Shown piece by piece: positions 38,746-50,582 of a DNA stretch of 64,000 bases (its first letter is position 1; every line of letters begins with the position of its first letter). The notes under the pieces are model-generated. The model was not told the origin of the DNA, did no database searches, and saw only the letters and a program-made list of their open reading frames with translations. This stretch comes from Octopus vulgaris (Eukaryota). The stretch is from NCBI GenBank assembly GCA_951406725.2, contig OX597814.1:87792001-87856000 (forward strand), written 5' to 3'. Both the position numbers and the translations under genes were made by a program.

Positions 38746-39085
38746 TACAAACACACATATATATTTTTTTCTTCTATAACACAGCAAGGGAAAGAAAAAG
38801 GGGGAAGAAAGCGAGATGGCTATATCGAATGAGATAAAGCCAACGATTACTGCAAACAAACGTATAACTGTTATTTACACGCGGGTCAATTATTACTATT
38901 TTCTCTTTAATGGACTCACACACACACATACATACACACACACACACGCACACATACATACACACGTGTATTTTATATACATACACACATCATAAAGACT
39001 TACATACATATACTCACATAACAGCAATGAAAAAAATTTGAGTAGAGTACGGCATTCAGTACGTCTCCCTTTAGCTTTCTACACA

Positions 39086-39125
<40 letters not shown>

Positions 39126-39139
39126 GCATATGCATATGC

Positions 39140-39346
39140 GCGCAAGCTTAACTTGGCAGTCGAGAAGGTTGCTTTACAACCACATGGTTTCAGGTTCAAT
39201 CTCACCGTACGACACCTTGGACACGTACTTCTACTATAGCTCTGAGGCCGACAGATACCTGGTAAGTGATGTGAAAGAGGAAACATATGCAGAAACTAGC
39301 CATACATACATACACATATATATTTACGTACACACACACACGCACG

Positions 39347-39433
<87 letters not shown>

Positions 39434-39722
39434 CATGCAGGGTTTCTTTCAGTTTCCGTCTACGAAATCCACTCACGTGGGGCTTTGGTGGATTTGGTTG
39501 ACGAAAACTGAAAGAAGCCCAGTGTGTGCGTCTTTGTGTCTGTGTTTGTCCCTACCCGGTGTTGGTGTGTTTACAATTAAACAGCAGTTCGACAAAAAAA
39601 AACAAAAAAACTCCGATAGAATAAGTACCAGACTTTAAAAAGTATTGGTGTCGATTTCTTTGACAAAAAATTCTTAAAGGCGGTGCCCCAGCATGGCCGT
39701 AGTCGAATGACTGAAATTAAAA
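39140..39722 (+). mobile_element. SINE family A copy with an internal rearrangement and microsatellite
   Basis: Head at 39140-39290, inverted piece at 39435-39475, tail at 39480-39722. Confidence 0.7.
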
Positions 39723-39777
39723 AAATATTAGAATATAAAAAATATATTTTAAGTAAAATATAAAATATAAATATGTA

Positions 39778-39812
<35 letters not shown>

Positions 39813-39847
39813 ATGTATGTATGTATGTATGTATGTATGTATGTATG

Positions 39848-39891
<44 letters not shown>

Positions 39892-39895
<4 letters not shown>

Positions 39896-40065
39896 GGAGT
39901 AAGCACATACATGCGAAACAAGGTGGAAATGAGAGTACTCAAATACCAGAGGTAGAGTAATATGCTTTATTGAAAAGCAGCAGAAATATCCCAAAAACTT
40001 TTACTCAGAGGTTCACGTTCCCAACGCAACAGTTTTTGTGATATTTCTGCTGCTTTTCAATAAAG

Positions 40066-40070
<5 letters not shown>
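39892..40070. repeat. Repeat homologous to 57165-57315, ending in a 39-bp inverted repeat
   Basis: Shared ACCGGAGTAA...GAGTACTCAAATACCAG...AGAGTAATATGCTTTATT; arms TATGCTTTATTGAAAAGCAGCAGAAATATC / GATATTTCTGCTGCTTTTCAATAAAGTATA. Confidence 0.85.
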
Positions 40071-40115
<45 letters not shown>

Positions 40116-40264
40116 AAATCAAAATAAGGGTGAAAAAATTGGATATTAATTTAATAACATCAATTTAACACCAAGTGGTTTAGCGTATAAAAGACTGAGA
40201 TTCAGTAAATATTAATTCACAAATATGAGAGAGAATCCACTATATATACACACACACACACACA

Positions 40265-40320
<56 letters not shown>

Positions 40321-40385
40321 CATACATACATACATACATACATAGTTGTAGTGATAATGCGCATATATGTATATATATATATATA

Positions 40386-40763
40386 TATCTTTATATATAA
40401 AAGAGAAGTTGTGTGTCTGTCTCCTACGATTTAGATTCCTAACTACTCCCACATTTTGCGGTGGTTTAACCAAAACTGGGTATCTTATAGTCGTGATTCA
40501 TATCGAGCCCTTCTGGGTATTAGCGCGCGTCTACGATGAGTCTACGAACACCATTTTTTTCCATTTTAATGCATTTTTTCGCTATTATATAAGGGAAGTA
40601 ACTCTCTAAAAATGTCTACGATGAGTCAACGATTAAAAAAAAATTACCATAAATTTTTTTCTATTTTTAATGCATTTTTTGCTATTTTTTGGCTAAAACT
40701 CTCTAAAAATGCTTATATAGTTATTTCCCTTACAAACCCGAGCAACGCCGGGCGATACTGCTA

Positions 40764-40764
<1 letters not shown>
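40386..40764 (+). mobile_element. Non-autonomous Helitron
   Basis: 5' A|TC start (TCTCTTTATATATAAAAG), subterminal GC hairpin CCCGAGCAACGCCGGG, 3' CTAG|T, inserted in (AT)n with no TSD; internal tandem duplication. Confidence 0.85.
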
Positions 40765-40810
<46 letters not shown>

Positions 40811-40834
40811 GGTTTGGAGATGATGTACAGGTAT

Positions 40835-41325
40835 TTTATATTAGAAGAAATGAGGTACTCAGAAATTCGGATGGTCTTATATTTACAGATATTTATTTGT
40901 ATGTTACATGTTTTTATACATCATATATCATATATCATATAATAGCGCTTTCGTCCATTCTAGTGGAGTCGTCAAATTGAACTAAGTTCTTGCAAGAATT
41001 TTGACTCTTTTTATAGTGTTATTGAGTGTGTAGTGGTGGGGAGAGATATAAGATAGTACAAGAGGGTGATGAAAGGGGAGGATGTGAGAGAGAGAGCATG
41101 TGTGTGTATGTGTGTGTGTGTGTGAGTGTTTTTGTATCTGAAAGAGTGTTAAAGAAAAATAAGGAAAGGAAGAAAAGGGAGAGAAAGAAGAAAAAAAAAT
41201 TTTGGTTGATCTCTGCGAAAGCTCTATTATATGATATATGATGTATAAAAATATGTAACATACAAATAAATATCTGTAAATATAAAACCATCCGGATTTC
41301 TGAGTACCTTCTTTCTTCTTATATT
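40835..41325. repeat. Inverted repeat (arms about 115 bp) with spacer
   Basis: AGGTACTCAGAAATTCGGATGG...AATAGCGCTTTCG pairs with CGAAAGCTCTATTAT...CCATCCGGATTTCTGAGTACCT. Confidence 0.85.
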
Positions 41326-41359
<34 letters not shown>

Positions 41360-41394
41360 AGGCCGCTTTCCCTGGTGATGAAGATTGGACTGCA

Positions 41395-41633
41395 AAAGTG
41401 TATCGGTTCCACGTAAAAAGCACTCGTGCCGCGTCACGTAAAAGCGCTCGTACAGAGCCATGTAAAAGCACCTAGCATTGTAAAGTGGTTGACGTTAGGA
41501 AAGGCATCAAGGCATAGACACCATGCCAAATCAGACGGGAGACTGGCGCAGCTCACCAGATTGCCAGTTATGGTCAAGCCGTTCAACCCACGCCAGCATG
41601 GACAATGGACGTTAAATGATGATGATGATGATG
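41395..41633 (+). mobile_element. RTE 3'-UTR-related repeat with (GAT)n tail
   Basis: CACGTAAAAAGCAC...TTAGGAAAGGCATC...AACCCACGCCAGCATGG...GACGTTAAATGATGATG matches 31355-31533; related copies at about 5060-5250, 15340-15640 and 32585-32725. Confidence 0.8.
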
Positions 41634-41885
41634 TTGGTGTGTGTGTGTGTGTATAAGTGTCTGTACATGCATATGTGTATGTGTGCATCCGAGTCAGATA
41701 TTTATAAAAAGGCTGACAGTTACATCGAAGTTAATTTGTTAACCGAAACTGGGCGAAGCTTAAAACGAAGTTCGTTTTCTTACTGCTCGAGTTTCACGCC
41801 TCTGCGATCTTTAGACTACAATTACAAGGGCGTGAAACTAGTTGCGGGGAACAATAATTACATTATATATATATAAAATATATAC

Positions 41886-42140
41886 TGTTGTATCTGGAGA
41901 GAGTCATTCTCTTTTGGTGCCTTATACTTTAACACAGTCACCGGTAAAATTTCCACTCATTTACATATTTATTTTTCTAAAATTTTAGAAAAAAATATAT
42001 ATGAATGAGTGGAAATTTTTGTTGCGTCTTGCAACCTTTTCAATCAATTGAAAAGGTTGCAGCACGCAACAAAAATTTTAGAAAGAAATAAATGGAAATT
42101 TTACCGGTGAGTGTGTTAATGACTCTCCCCAGACTCAACA
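41886..42140. repeat. Nested palindromic element
   Basis: Outer arms TGTTG...GAGAGTCATT...CACCGGTAAAATTTCCA / TGGAAATTTTACCGGTG...AATGACTCTC...CAACA, with inner hairpins. Confidence 0.8.
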
Positions 42141-42200
42141 GAATATGCTTCAATACACGAACTCACATAAAGAATCTTGCAAACCAAATCCCCAAACGAA

Positions 42201-42252
<52 letters not shown>

Positions 42253-42253
<1 letters not shown>

Positions 42254-43365
42254 CAGGGTGCAATGGGTAAATTGTCGCCATTTCATAATAGTTTTAATTT
42301 CGCGCATGCACATTGTTTGATTTTGATTTTGTCGACTACACAGTTTAGTAGGGTCAGTTGGGCACTGTACGCGAGAAAAACAGCATCATGATGCAATTTG
42401 CCAGACATTTGGAAACGACATGCTGTTCTGCTTGGTATTCGCTCCAATACGAACATTTCAGAGTGTTTGGGTGTCAATCTGAGGGTAGTGCTGAGGATTC
42501 AGTAAGAATTGGATGAGTCTAACGGAGATTACGAAAGTGCGGCAGCTTGGAAAAACATTCTGATTGTTCTGGTAAGGGAAAGAACACTTGAATTTGTTGA
42601 TGAGATCCAGGCCATCAATCAGGTCCATCGCCAGGGACGTGGGAGTGTCTGAGTTTCTTATCATACAAGATGAGAAAATGTCAATTCTTATCCCATGCCA
42701 TCAAGGACAAGAGGAAAAGTCGCGATACGAAGCTTTCTAACAATATCAAGCATCTCCTTCAACGGAATATTCTTTGATTTTTCTCAGACGAGAAAAAGTT
42801 CTGCCAGGATCAGATAGTGAACACACAGAACAACCGTTGGCTTCTCGTGCCCCCAAAACATCAACCGAAAGTGCTAAAAATCAAACATCTAGTCAACATC
42901 ATGGTGTTTGGAGCGATCACTAGTGAATGCGACGTTATGCCTCTATTCATCGTCCCACACGGTCTCACACTCAACACGGAGCCCTACATCAAGTACTTGG
43001 AGGGAGTAGTGTCGCTCTGGGTCAAGAGGATAGCTACTGGAAGATCCTGTATCTGGCGACAGGACTCTGCACCATGTCACACATGCAGGAAAACCCAGTC
43101 ATGGCTGTCTGACAATTTTTGCGACTACTAACATCCCTAACATCTGTCCACCTAGCTCCCCAGACTGCAACCCCCTTGATTATTATGTGTGGGACGCAGT
43201 TGAGCGAGGGACCAACACGAAAGATGAACTGAAGATAAGGATTATGGCAGCATTCACCAACTTAAACATGGGACCGTCCAGAAGAGTTGCAGGAGATTCC
43301 GAAGTTTATTCAATAGGATATTGAATAAATTTACTCTTTAGTATTTCAAGATATTTTTCAGTAAT
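42253..43365 (+). mobile_element. Decayed Tc1/mariner maT (DD37D-like) element
   Basis: TA-CAGGGTG start; FFSDEKKF, IMVFGAITS, WRQDSAPCHT, PPSSPDCNPLDYYVW. Confidence 0.82.
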
Positions 43366-44122
43366 TTTGGTCTGTGTTTTCCCTCTACCATCGCTTGACA
43401 ACCGTTGTTGGTGTGTTTATGTCTCCGTCAATTAGCGGCTCGGCAAAAGACATCGAATAAGTACTAGGCTTACAAAGAATAAGTTCTGGGGTTGTTTTGC
43501 TCGACTAAAGGCGATGCTCCAGCATGGCCGCAGTCAATTGACTGAAACAAGTAAAAGTATATATATATATATATATATATATAGGGAGTATTCACAAAAA
43601 AGAAAGCAAAAGACGAAGACAGGTGGTGTAGACAACAAACAGATGTATTAGTTTAACGCTCGGGAAGTGTACAAGTCTTTAACGTTTCGAGCCTACGCTC
43701 TTCCACAGAATGGAACACAGAGAGAAGCAAGGAGAGAAAATAAAGAATGTGTAGTGGCTAGCGATCTATCATGGCGGATGAGATGTCGGCATCGTAATCA
43801 GTGTGTAAGGATTGGTTTTTCGTTGATTGCCATTATGTAAAGATGAAAGAACAGTTTTAAGGAAATATTTATTTTTACCAGTTACATTATACAATACCTT
43901 GCCTCGACGGGAAGGTGATAAAATCCTAGAGCGTGCGAAAAAGTTAATTTCGGCCTGTATGTTCGTACTGTATTAGAAAACCATAGAGAGCGATATGGTA
44001 ATGTGCAGAGAAGACGAAGTGAGTTAGTGAACGTGGGAGAGTGTGGGAAGATGGGTAAATAGTCTGTAGCGCATACTCGAGTGAAATTCCTCTTCCTTTT
44101 ATTATATATACATACATTCGTA

Positions 44123-44973
44123 CGTAACAGAAAACAGCTAGCCTTTGGCCACTATTTGCACCCCGCTGTGTCCACTGCTCTGATTGGTTGGTATTAGCAC
44201 AATTTGTCTCTTACTCTGTCACGCCAATCTGCAGCGTATCACCAATCGGAGCACTAAATAAGATCACGTGAAACAGCCTGTTCCCAACCCTGTTTGAACC
44301 TACTGTTCCTTATAAAAACCCAGTCTCTCCTCGTCTCGAGGTCTTTGGTTCCAGACCTTTTAAGGTCTAGTCACTGACTACACAAGACACAGCCAGTTCC
44401 TGCGACAATGCCAGACAACCCGTCAAAAAGCATTACGAACCTCCGTCTTCGTCGCCACCATCATCTTCTTAACGACGTCAACATCATCTCTGCATACTCA
44501 GCTCAACAAGCAACTCGCACAGGTTCCAATACTGCACTGTTTGTGAATTACTTCACCATGGGTTAACAGCAAGTACAACCTGTGAGAACTCCTGTACCAA
44601 GTGATCCAGGTAGCAACATTACAGCCATAACTTCATACGACATGTACCGCAACTCCGACTCCGCATCATCGCCGCAACTTCTTAATACAGTATTTCAAAT
44701 ACTGTGTACAATTGACTACAAACTGGTATTTCTCATTCTTGTGTCTATCAATATTCCTCTAATTTCTCATTATAGACCCTTTCACTTCCTTCCTCATTGC
44801 TGTACTTAACGCACACACATACATCCATGCTTATACACACATACACTTTGTTCTCATGACGGCCTGTCTACTATTCTGTATACATGATGTACACAATGAC
44901 ACACGTTAACATATCAATAAATCTTCTCTTAAACACCTATTCAGTTGTGTCGCTCTCTTTTCCCTCTGGTACA
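44123..44973 (+). mobile_element. Probable solo LTR (about 850 bp)
   Basis: Termini CGTAACAGA / TCTGGTACA (imperfect TG...CA inverted ends); CCAAT boxes, CACGTG, TATAAAA near 44312, AATAAA near 44917; TSD not clear. Confidence 0.55.
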
Positions 44974-45099
44974 TATATGTACTAATCCAGCTTTCTGAAC
45001 AGAGTCATTATTAGATGGTTTCACCACGTGAGACCGCGACTATCTAAAAGTCTAATATCGGGGCATATAAGCCCTCGACTGAAAAAAATAGGGTTTCCT

Positions 45100-46292
45100 G
45101 TACACTGAAACCCAATTTTTTAAATACTTCTTTTAGTTTTCAAAATAAAGATGAACAAAGTTCTTTTTTAATCTAAAATATACTCTCTTTCATTTTCTAC
45201 AATGCTCTTCCATCTATCTGGTAGACTTACAAGAACCCTCTTCCAAAATTCACATGTTTGTGACGAAATATACTCTCCCAGTACTGTTCTGACTTCCTCT
45301 GCAGAAATCATATTACTTCCGTCTAAATGATGATTTTGAAGACTGCAGAATAAATGATAATCAGATGGGGCAATGTCCGGCGAATATGGTGGATGGGACA
45401 TCGTTTCCCATTCAAACTGCTTCAACCTTTGGAATGTTATCCTTGCTGTATGTAGCCGAGCATAATCCTAATGGAAGAACACCGTTCGTCTTGAAACCAA
45501 AGATGGTCGTTTTTCTTCTAGCTTTGACTTAAGCCGCTCAAGCCGCTCGCAGTAGATCTCCTTTGTTTACGTTTGGTTTGGGTTTAAAAGTTCAACGTGG
45601 ACTAAACCTTTCATATCCCACCAAACAGATAACAACACATTACGTTGGCGAAGACCTTCTTTAGCCTGGGGTGCCGGTATTTCTCCTTTCCCTGTCCACC
45701 GTCTTCGGTGCTTGGCATTTTTATAAAGAACCCATTTATCGCCACCAGTCACAATTCGGTGAGATGTGACAGCAAGAAAGAGCACGCATTCATTGTCTGC
45801 GCGCGACTAGGCTCGGAAAGTTTGTGAGAAACCCATTGACCCAATTTGCTGACTTTCCGATGGTACACAGATGTCGATGAATGGCTGAATGACAAAATCC
45901 AAGCTTCTCTGATAGTTACTCAACAGTTACCTTGGGATTTTGTTTCACTAGGGTTTGGAGGACGTCCTCGTTGAGCTCTACGGATCTTCCAGGACAAGTT
46001 CATCTTCTAGGCCATAGTTTCCGGCTCGGAATTTTTGGAGTCACCGTTGACACTGGCTTACGCTTATTGTCCAATCCCCTTATACTGCACTAATATTCCT
46101 CGTACTTTCCGTTGCGTTGTTGCCTTTATTGAACTCATAAAGCAAAATATGCCGAATATGCTTCTTTGTCACTTCCATTATAGCTTTGAAAAAATAACAG
46201 TTAAAATCGAACAGCAGTCTTGTTTATCCCGTTCCCTCCGACTTTTGGTTCATGCAATTGAAAAAAGCGCATCAGTTATAGGCTGACCCAAT
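45100..46292 (-). mobile_element. Decayed near full-length mariner transposon
   Basis: ATG at 46178 (MEVTKKHIRHILLYEFNKG), WVSHKL, IVTGGDKWVLY, LLSVWWD, HPPYSPDIAPSDYHLF, stop at 45168; TIR-like TATTGGGTCAGCCTATAAC at the right end. Confidence 0.88.
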
Positions 46293-46410
46293 ATAATAGT
46301 GTCTTACAACTGTTTCTGGGATATCTCAGATTATAGATCAATGTGTCGATCCACATTTCCATATATTAGGTATGGAATATCCCAGAAACAGCTGTAAGAC
46401 ACTATTATAT
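46291..46410. repeat. 34-bp inverted repeat carrying GAAAC-AGCT-GTA
   Basis: ATATAATAGTGTCTTACAACTGTTTCTGGGATAT / ATATCCCAGAAACAGCTGTAAGACACTATTATAT. Confidence 0.85.
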
Positions 46411-46505
46411 TATTTTAATTTTATTTTTGCTTACTTCGCTTCACTATTAAACTAATCTAAATGAACTGATAAGCTTGTCCCGCCTTTTGTTTTCCACTAC
46501 TTTAA

Positions 46506-46562
<57 letters not shown>

Positions 46563-46715
46563 TTACATAAAATATAGGGTAGTAAGTTTCTTTTTAGAAA
46601 TTTCACTACCAGTGGCCTAGCATGTATAAAAAGTCAATAGACAACACATTCTCAATATAAAATAGTGTACATTTAAACACAAGAGAAAACTGCCTTCAAC
46701 AGGCAGTTTTTACAC

Positions 46716-46959
46716 TTTTACCTTGTTATTTTAATCTGGGCATACCTAAGTTTCAAATTTTTTTTTAGCAAATAAAATAATTTGCTAGGCGAATTTCTCA
46801 TCAATGGCTGAGCCATAACACTAACATATAATTAACACAAAATTATATGTTAGTGTTATGGCGGGGTCATTGATGAGAAATTCGCCTAGCAAATTATTTT
46901 ATTTGCTAAAAAAAAAAATTTGAAACTTAGGTATGCCCAGATTAAAATTACAAGGTAAA
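46716..46959. repeat. Near-perfect inverted repeat (arms about 118 bp, 7-nt loop)
   Basis: TTTTACCTTG...CTAACATATAATT aacacaa AATTATATGTTAG...CAAGGTAAAA. Confidence 0.92.
46864..46938 (+). ncRNA. Degenerate hammerhead (C3U) homologous to 57690-57760; mirror copy on the minus strand at about 46738-46810
   Basis: UUGAUGA GAAAUUCGCCUAGCAAAU...AUUUGCUA...AAUUU GAAAC UUAG GUA UGCCC. Confidence 0.6.
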
Positions 46960-47596
46960 ATTTTTAAATATTTTTCATTCCTTTTGAAAATTGCTCTTCA
47001 ATGTGGTTTTGGTCGTTTTGACTACTTCTTCTAGCGTGTAAAAACTGCCTCTTGTTTTCTCTTCTATTATATATATATATAATCGCCAACCAACTGTGGC
47101 GTCCTATACGGGACTAAAAATTCCCTAAGGCGGTAACTGCAGTCTATTGACTGAAACAAGTTAAAGACGAAGACACACATTCGGGGATGCACGCGCACAC
47201 ACATACACACACGTACTTACACATAAGCGCGCCGGCACACACGCACGCACTATTACCTTAACGACGTGTTAAACATTATGTTCGTTTTAACTTAATTTTA
47301 ACAACTCTTTATAAAGGAGTAGAAGTTCTAAAATTAATTTCATAAACAGTACTTAACTCTCATTGAACTACTTGGAGAAAGTTGGTAGCTTTTTGTGTCA
47401 TTAAGGGAACACATTACATTAATTAGCGAAAAAATTTGAATGGTTGGATAATTAAATGAAAACAATTTTATGTTCAGTTACTAATGCATTTACTTCTTAA
47501 TGCTGTCAATCATTACAGACTAAAAATGTGAAATTAAATTATTGAAATTATGTGATTTAACCACAATAAACGAAAATTTCACTATTTCATACGTTA

Positions 47597-48230
47597 AGGT
47601 GGTGAGCTGGTAGGATCGTTAGCATGCCGGACGAAATGCTTAGCCGTATTTCGTCTACCCCGAAAGGATGAAAGGCAAAGTCGACCTCGGTGGAATTTGT
47701 CTGTCGTTACGTTCTGTGTTCAAATTCCGCCGAGGTCGACTTTGCCTTTCATCCTTTCGGGGGTCGATAAATAAAGTACCAGTTTCGCACTGGGGTCGAT
47801 GTAATCGACTTAATACCTATGTCTGTCCTTGTTTGTCCCCTCTATGTTTAGCCCCTTGTGGGTAATAAAGAAATAGGTATTTCGTCTGCCGTTACGTTCT
47901 GAGTTCAAATTCCGCCAAGGTCAACTTTGCCTTTCATCCTTTCGGGGTCGATTAAATAAGTACCAGTTACGCACTGGGGTCGATATAATCGACTTAATCC
48001 GTTTGTCTGTCCCCTCTGTGTTTAGCCCCTTGTGGGTAGTAAAGAAATAGGTATTTCGTCTGTCGTTACGTTCTGAGTTCAAATTCGGCCGAGGTCGACT
48101 TTGCCTTTCATCCTTTCGGGGTCGATTAAATAAGTACCAGTTACGCACTAGAGTCGATGTAATCGACTTAATCCGTTTGTCTGTCCTTGTTTGTTCCCTC
48201 TATGTTTAGCCCCCTGTGGGTAATAAATAA
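47597..48230 (+). mobile_element. SINE family B with three tandem internal units of about 170-185 bp
   Basis: Units begin GTCTG[T/C]CGTTACGTTCTG at about 47699, 47884 and 48058. Confidence 0.88.
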
Positions 48231-49007
48231 ATATTTATAGAACTATAATAAAGATTCGCCAGTTGCCTTAGACTTACATACATACAAACATAACATGTAG
48301 ATACGTTCATACTACATATATACATGCCTATATGCTCATGCGTACATACACATACACACTTCTCCGCCGTTGCCAACGATGCTGTGTTTTGCGGAGGAGC
48401 CGGCATCAGGAACCACAAGTTCTTACATTTGTGGGAAACACATACGTCTGGGGTCGGGGAACTTTTTGAACCAGTTACCCCAAAATATATTTATTTATGC
48501 CGACGTTACCTCCTTGATTTGAAAAAGAAGAAAATTATAGATTCTTTGAATTCAAAAGGTTTATTGAATCTATTTATAAGAATATATTTACACGTCCATA
48601 CAATGGCCAGATGCAGTGTTACCAAAAGAGAATTTTCCGTCACAACAAGGAACAGGTTTTTTTTAATGTAATTTTACCTATGTCCTATGAGTCCTCATTA
48701 CCCACAAATATTTCATTTTTACCCCACTTCGGGTAATTTATCGCGGTTCGCCGACTCACGTATGTCATACGTAAAGTACTTGTGGTGGTTGATGGTTGTG
48801 GTTGGTTTTGGGCTGCACGGACCAATTTTCGTCTATTAGTTTTTTGTAGTTGGTGTGCTTGTCTGCTTTTTACGCCATTTGCTTCGTTTCAACACCCACC
48901 AATGCGAGCATTTATCAGTTCTGCCCATGGGGTTTGGAATATTTTGCACCGTTTCAGAATCTACTTTAGATAATCCCTGTTCAGTTATTTTCCCCCCACC
49001 CTCTCGC

Positions 49008-49087
<80 letters not shown>

Positions 49088-49984
49088 AACATCTATATAA
49101 AAGTTTGGTGACGTAAACAGAATAATAGAACTCAAAACAAGAGCATATATATGTGCATTTTATTATTAATAATCAGCAGACGGTACAGAGGGACTCAAGG
49201 CCCGATAGTTTCCTATATATGTGTGTGTGTGTACGCGCGTGTATGCTCCTTTTCTCTTTCTTTTCCGTACGTGTAGTCGAACTGTACGGATGACTGGAAA
49301 GCTATAAAATTGGCGATATAGATTTAGGTATCTGCAATGAGTGTACAGATATAAGATTATCGTGTGCGTGTGTGTATCCTCTCAATATACTCATCGAAAT
49401 ATATACCGCTAAAATCACTTATATTCTGTCAGATATCTTTACGATGTGACAATGTAAATATTACATTGTGACAATGTAAATACTATATTTTCCGCTCCAC
49501 TGAGAAAAAAACAAATCTCTTTCGTGTTGGACTGTTTGCGATAAAACTTGGATTTGTATAACTGCACGATCAAAAATGCAAAAGTGTATCATTATCGAAG
49601 TAGCCACTGAAATCTGGGTTTTCTTCTCGATCCCACACAGCAAATTCCCATCATGAATTACCGACCTTCTCCGATCGCATATTCTCAAAGAAATCCAATT
49701 AGATAGAAACACCACTACAGTAATGAACACAATTACAACAATAATACACAAAACAATAATTACTAAATATCAAAAACATTTTAGATTTAAATTACAGTTA
49801 GGCATATCACAGCATAACTGTGCAATCTATCATACTTGTAGCTTCATACATTTAGATATTCAGCAGAATTTCCGTAAGAAATACTATATTACAACTGAAT
49901 ATGCGATAACAGAAGACGGAGGATAATTTTTCATGCAAACATACTAACGTTGTGCTATGGTTTGTAAAACAAATATTGATTACT

Positions 49985-50505
<521 letters not shown>

Positions 50506-50582
50506 TACACAATGTTATTGTTCTTTCCTACGAAGAATATAGGACTGCTTAAAAAGTGCTCGGGTCGAACCCAAAACAAAAG

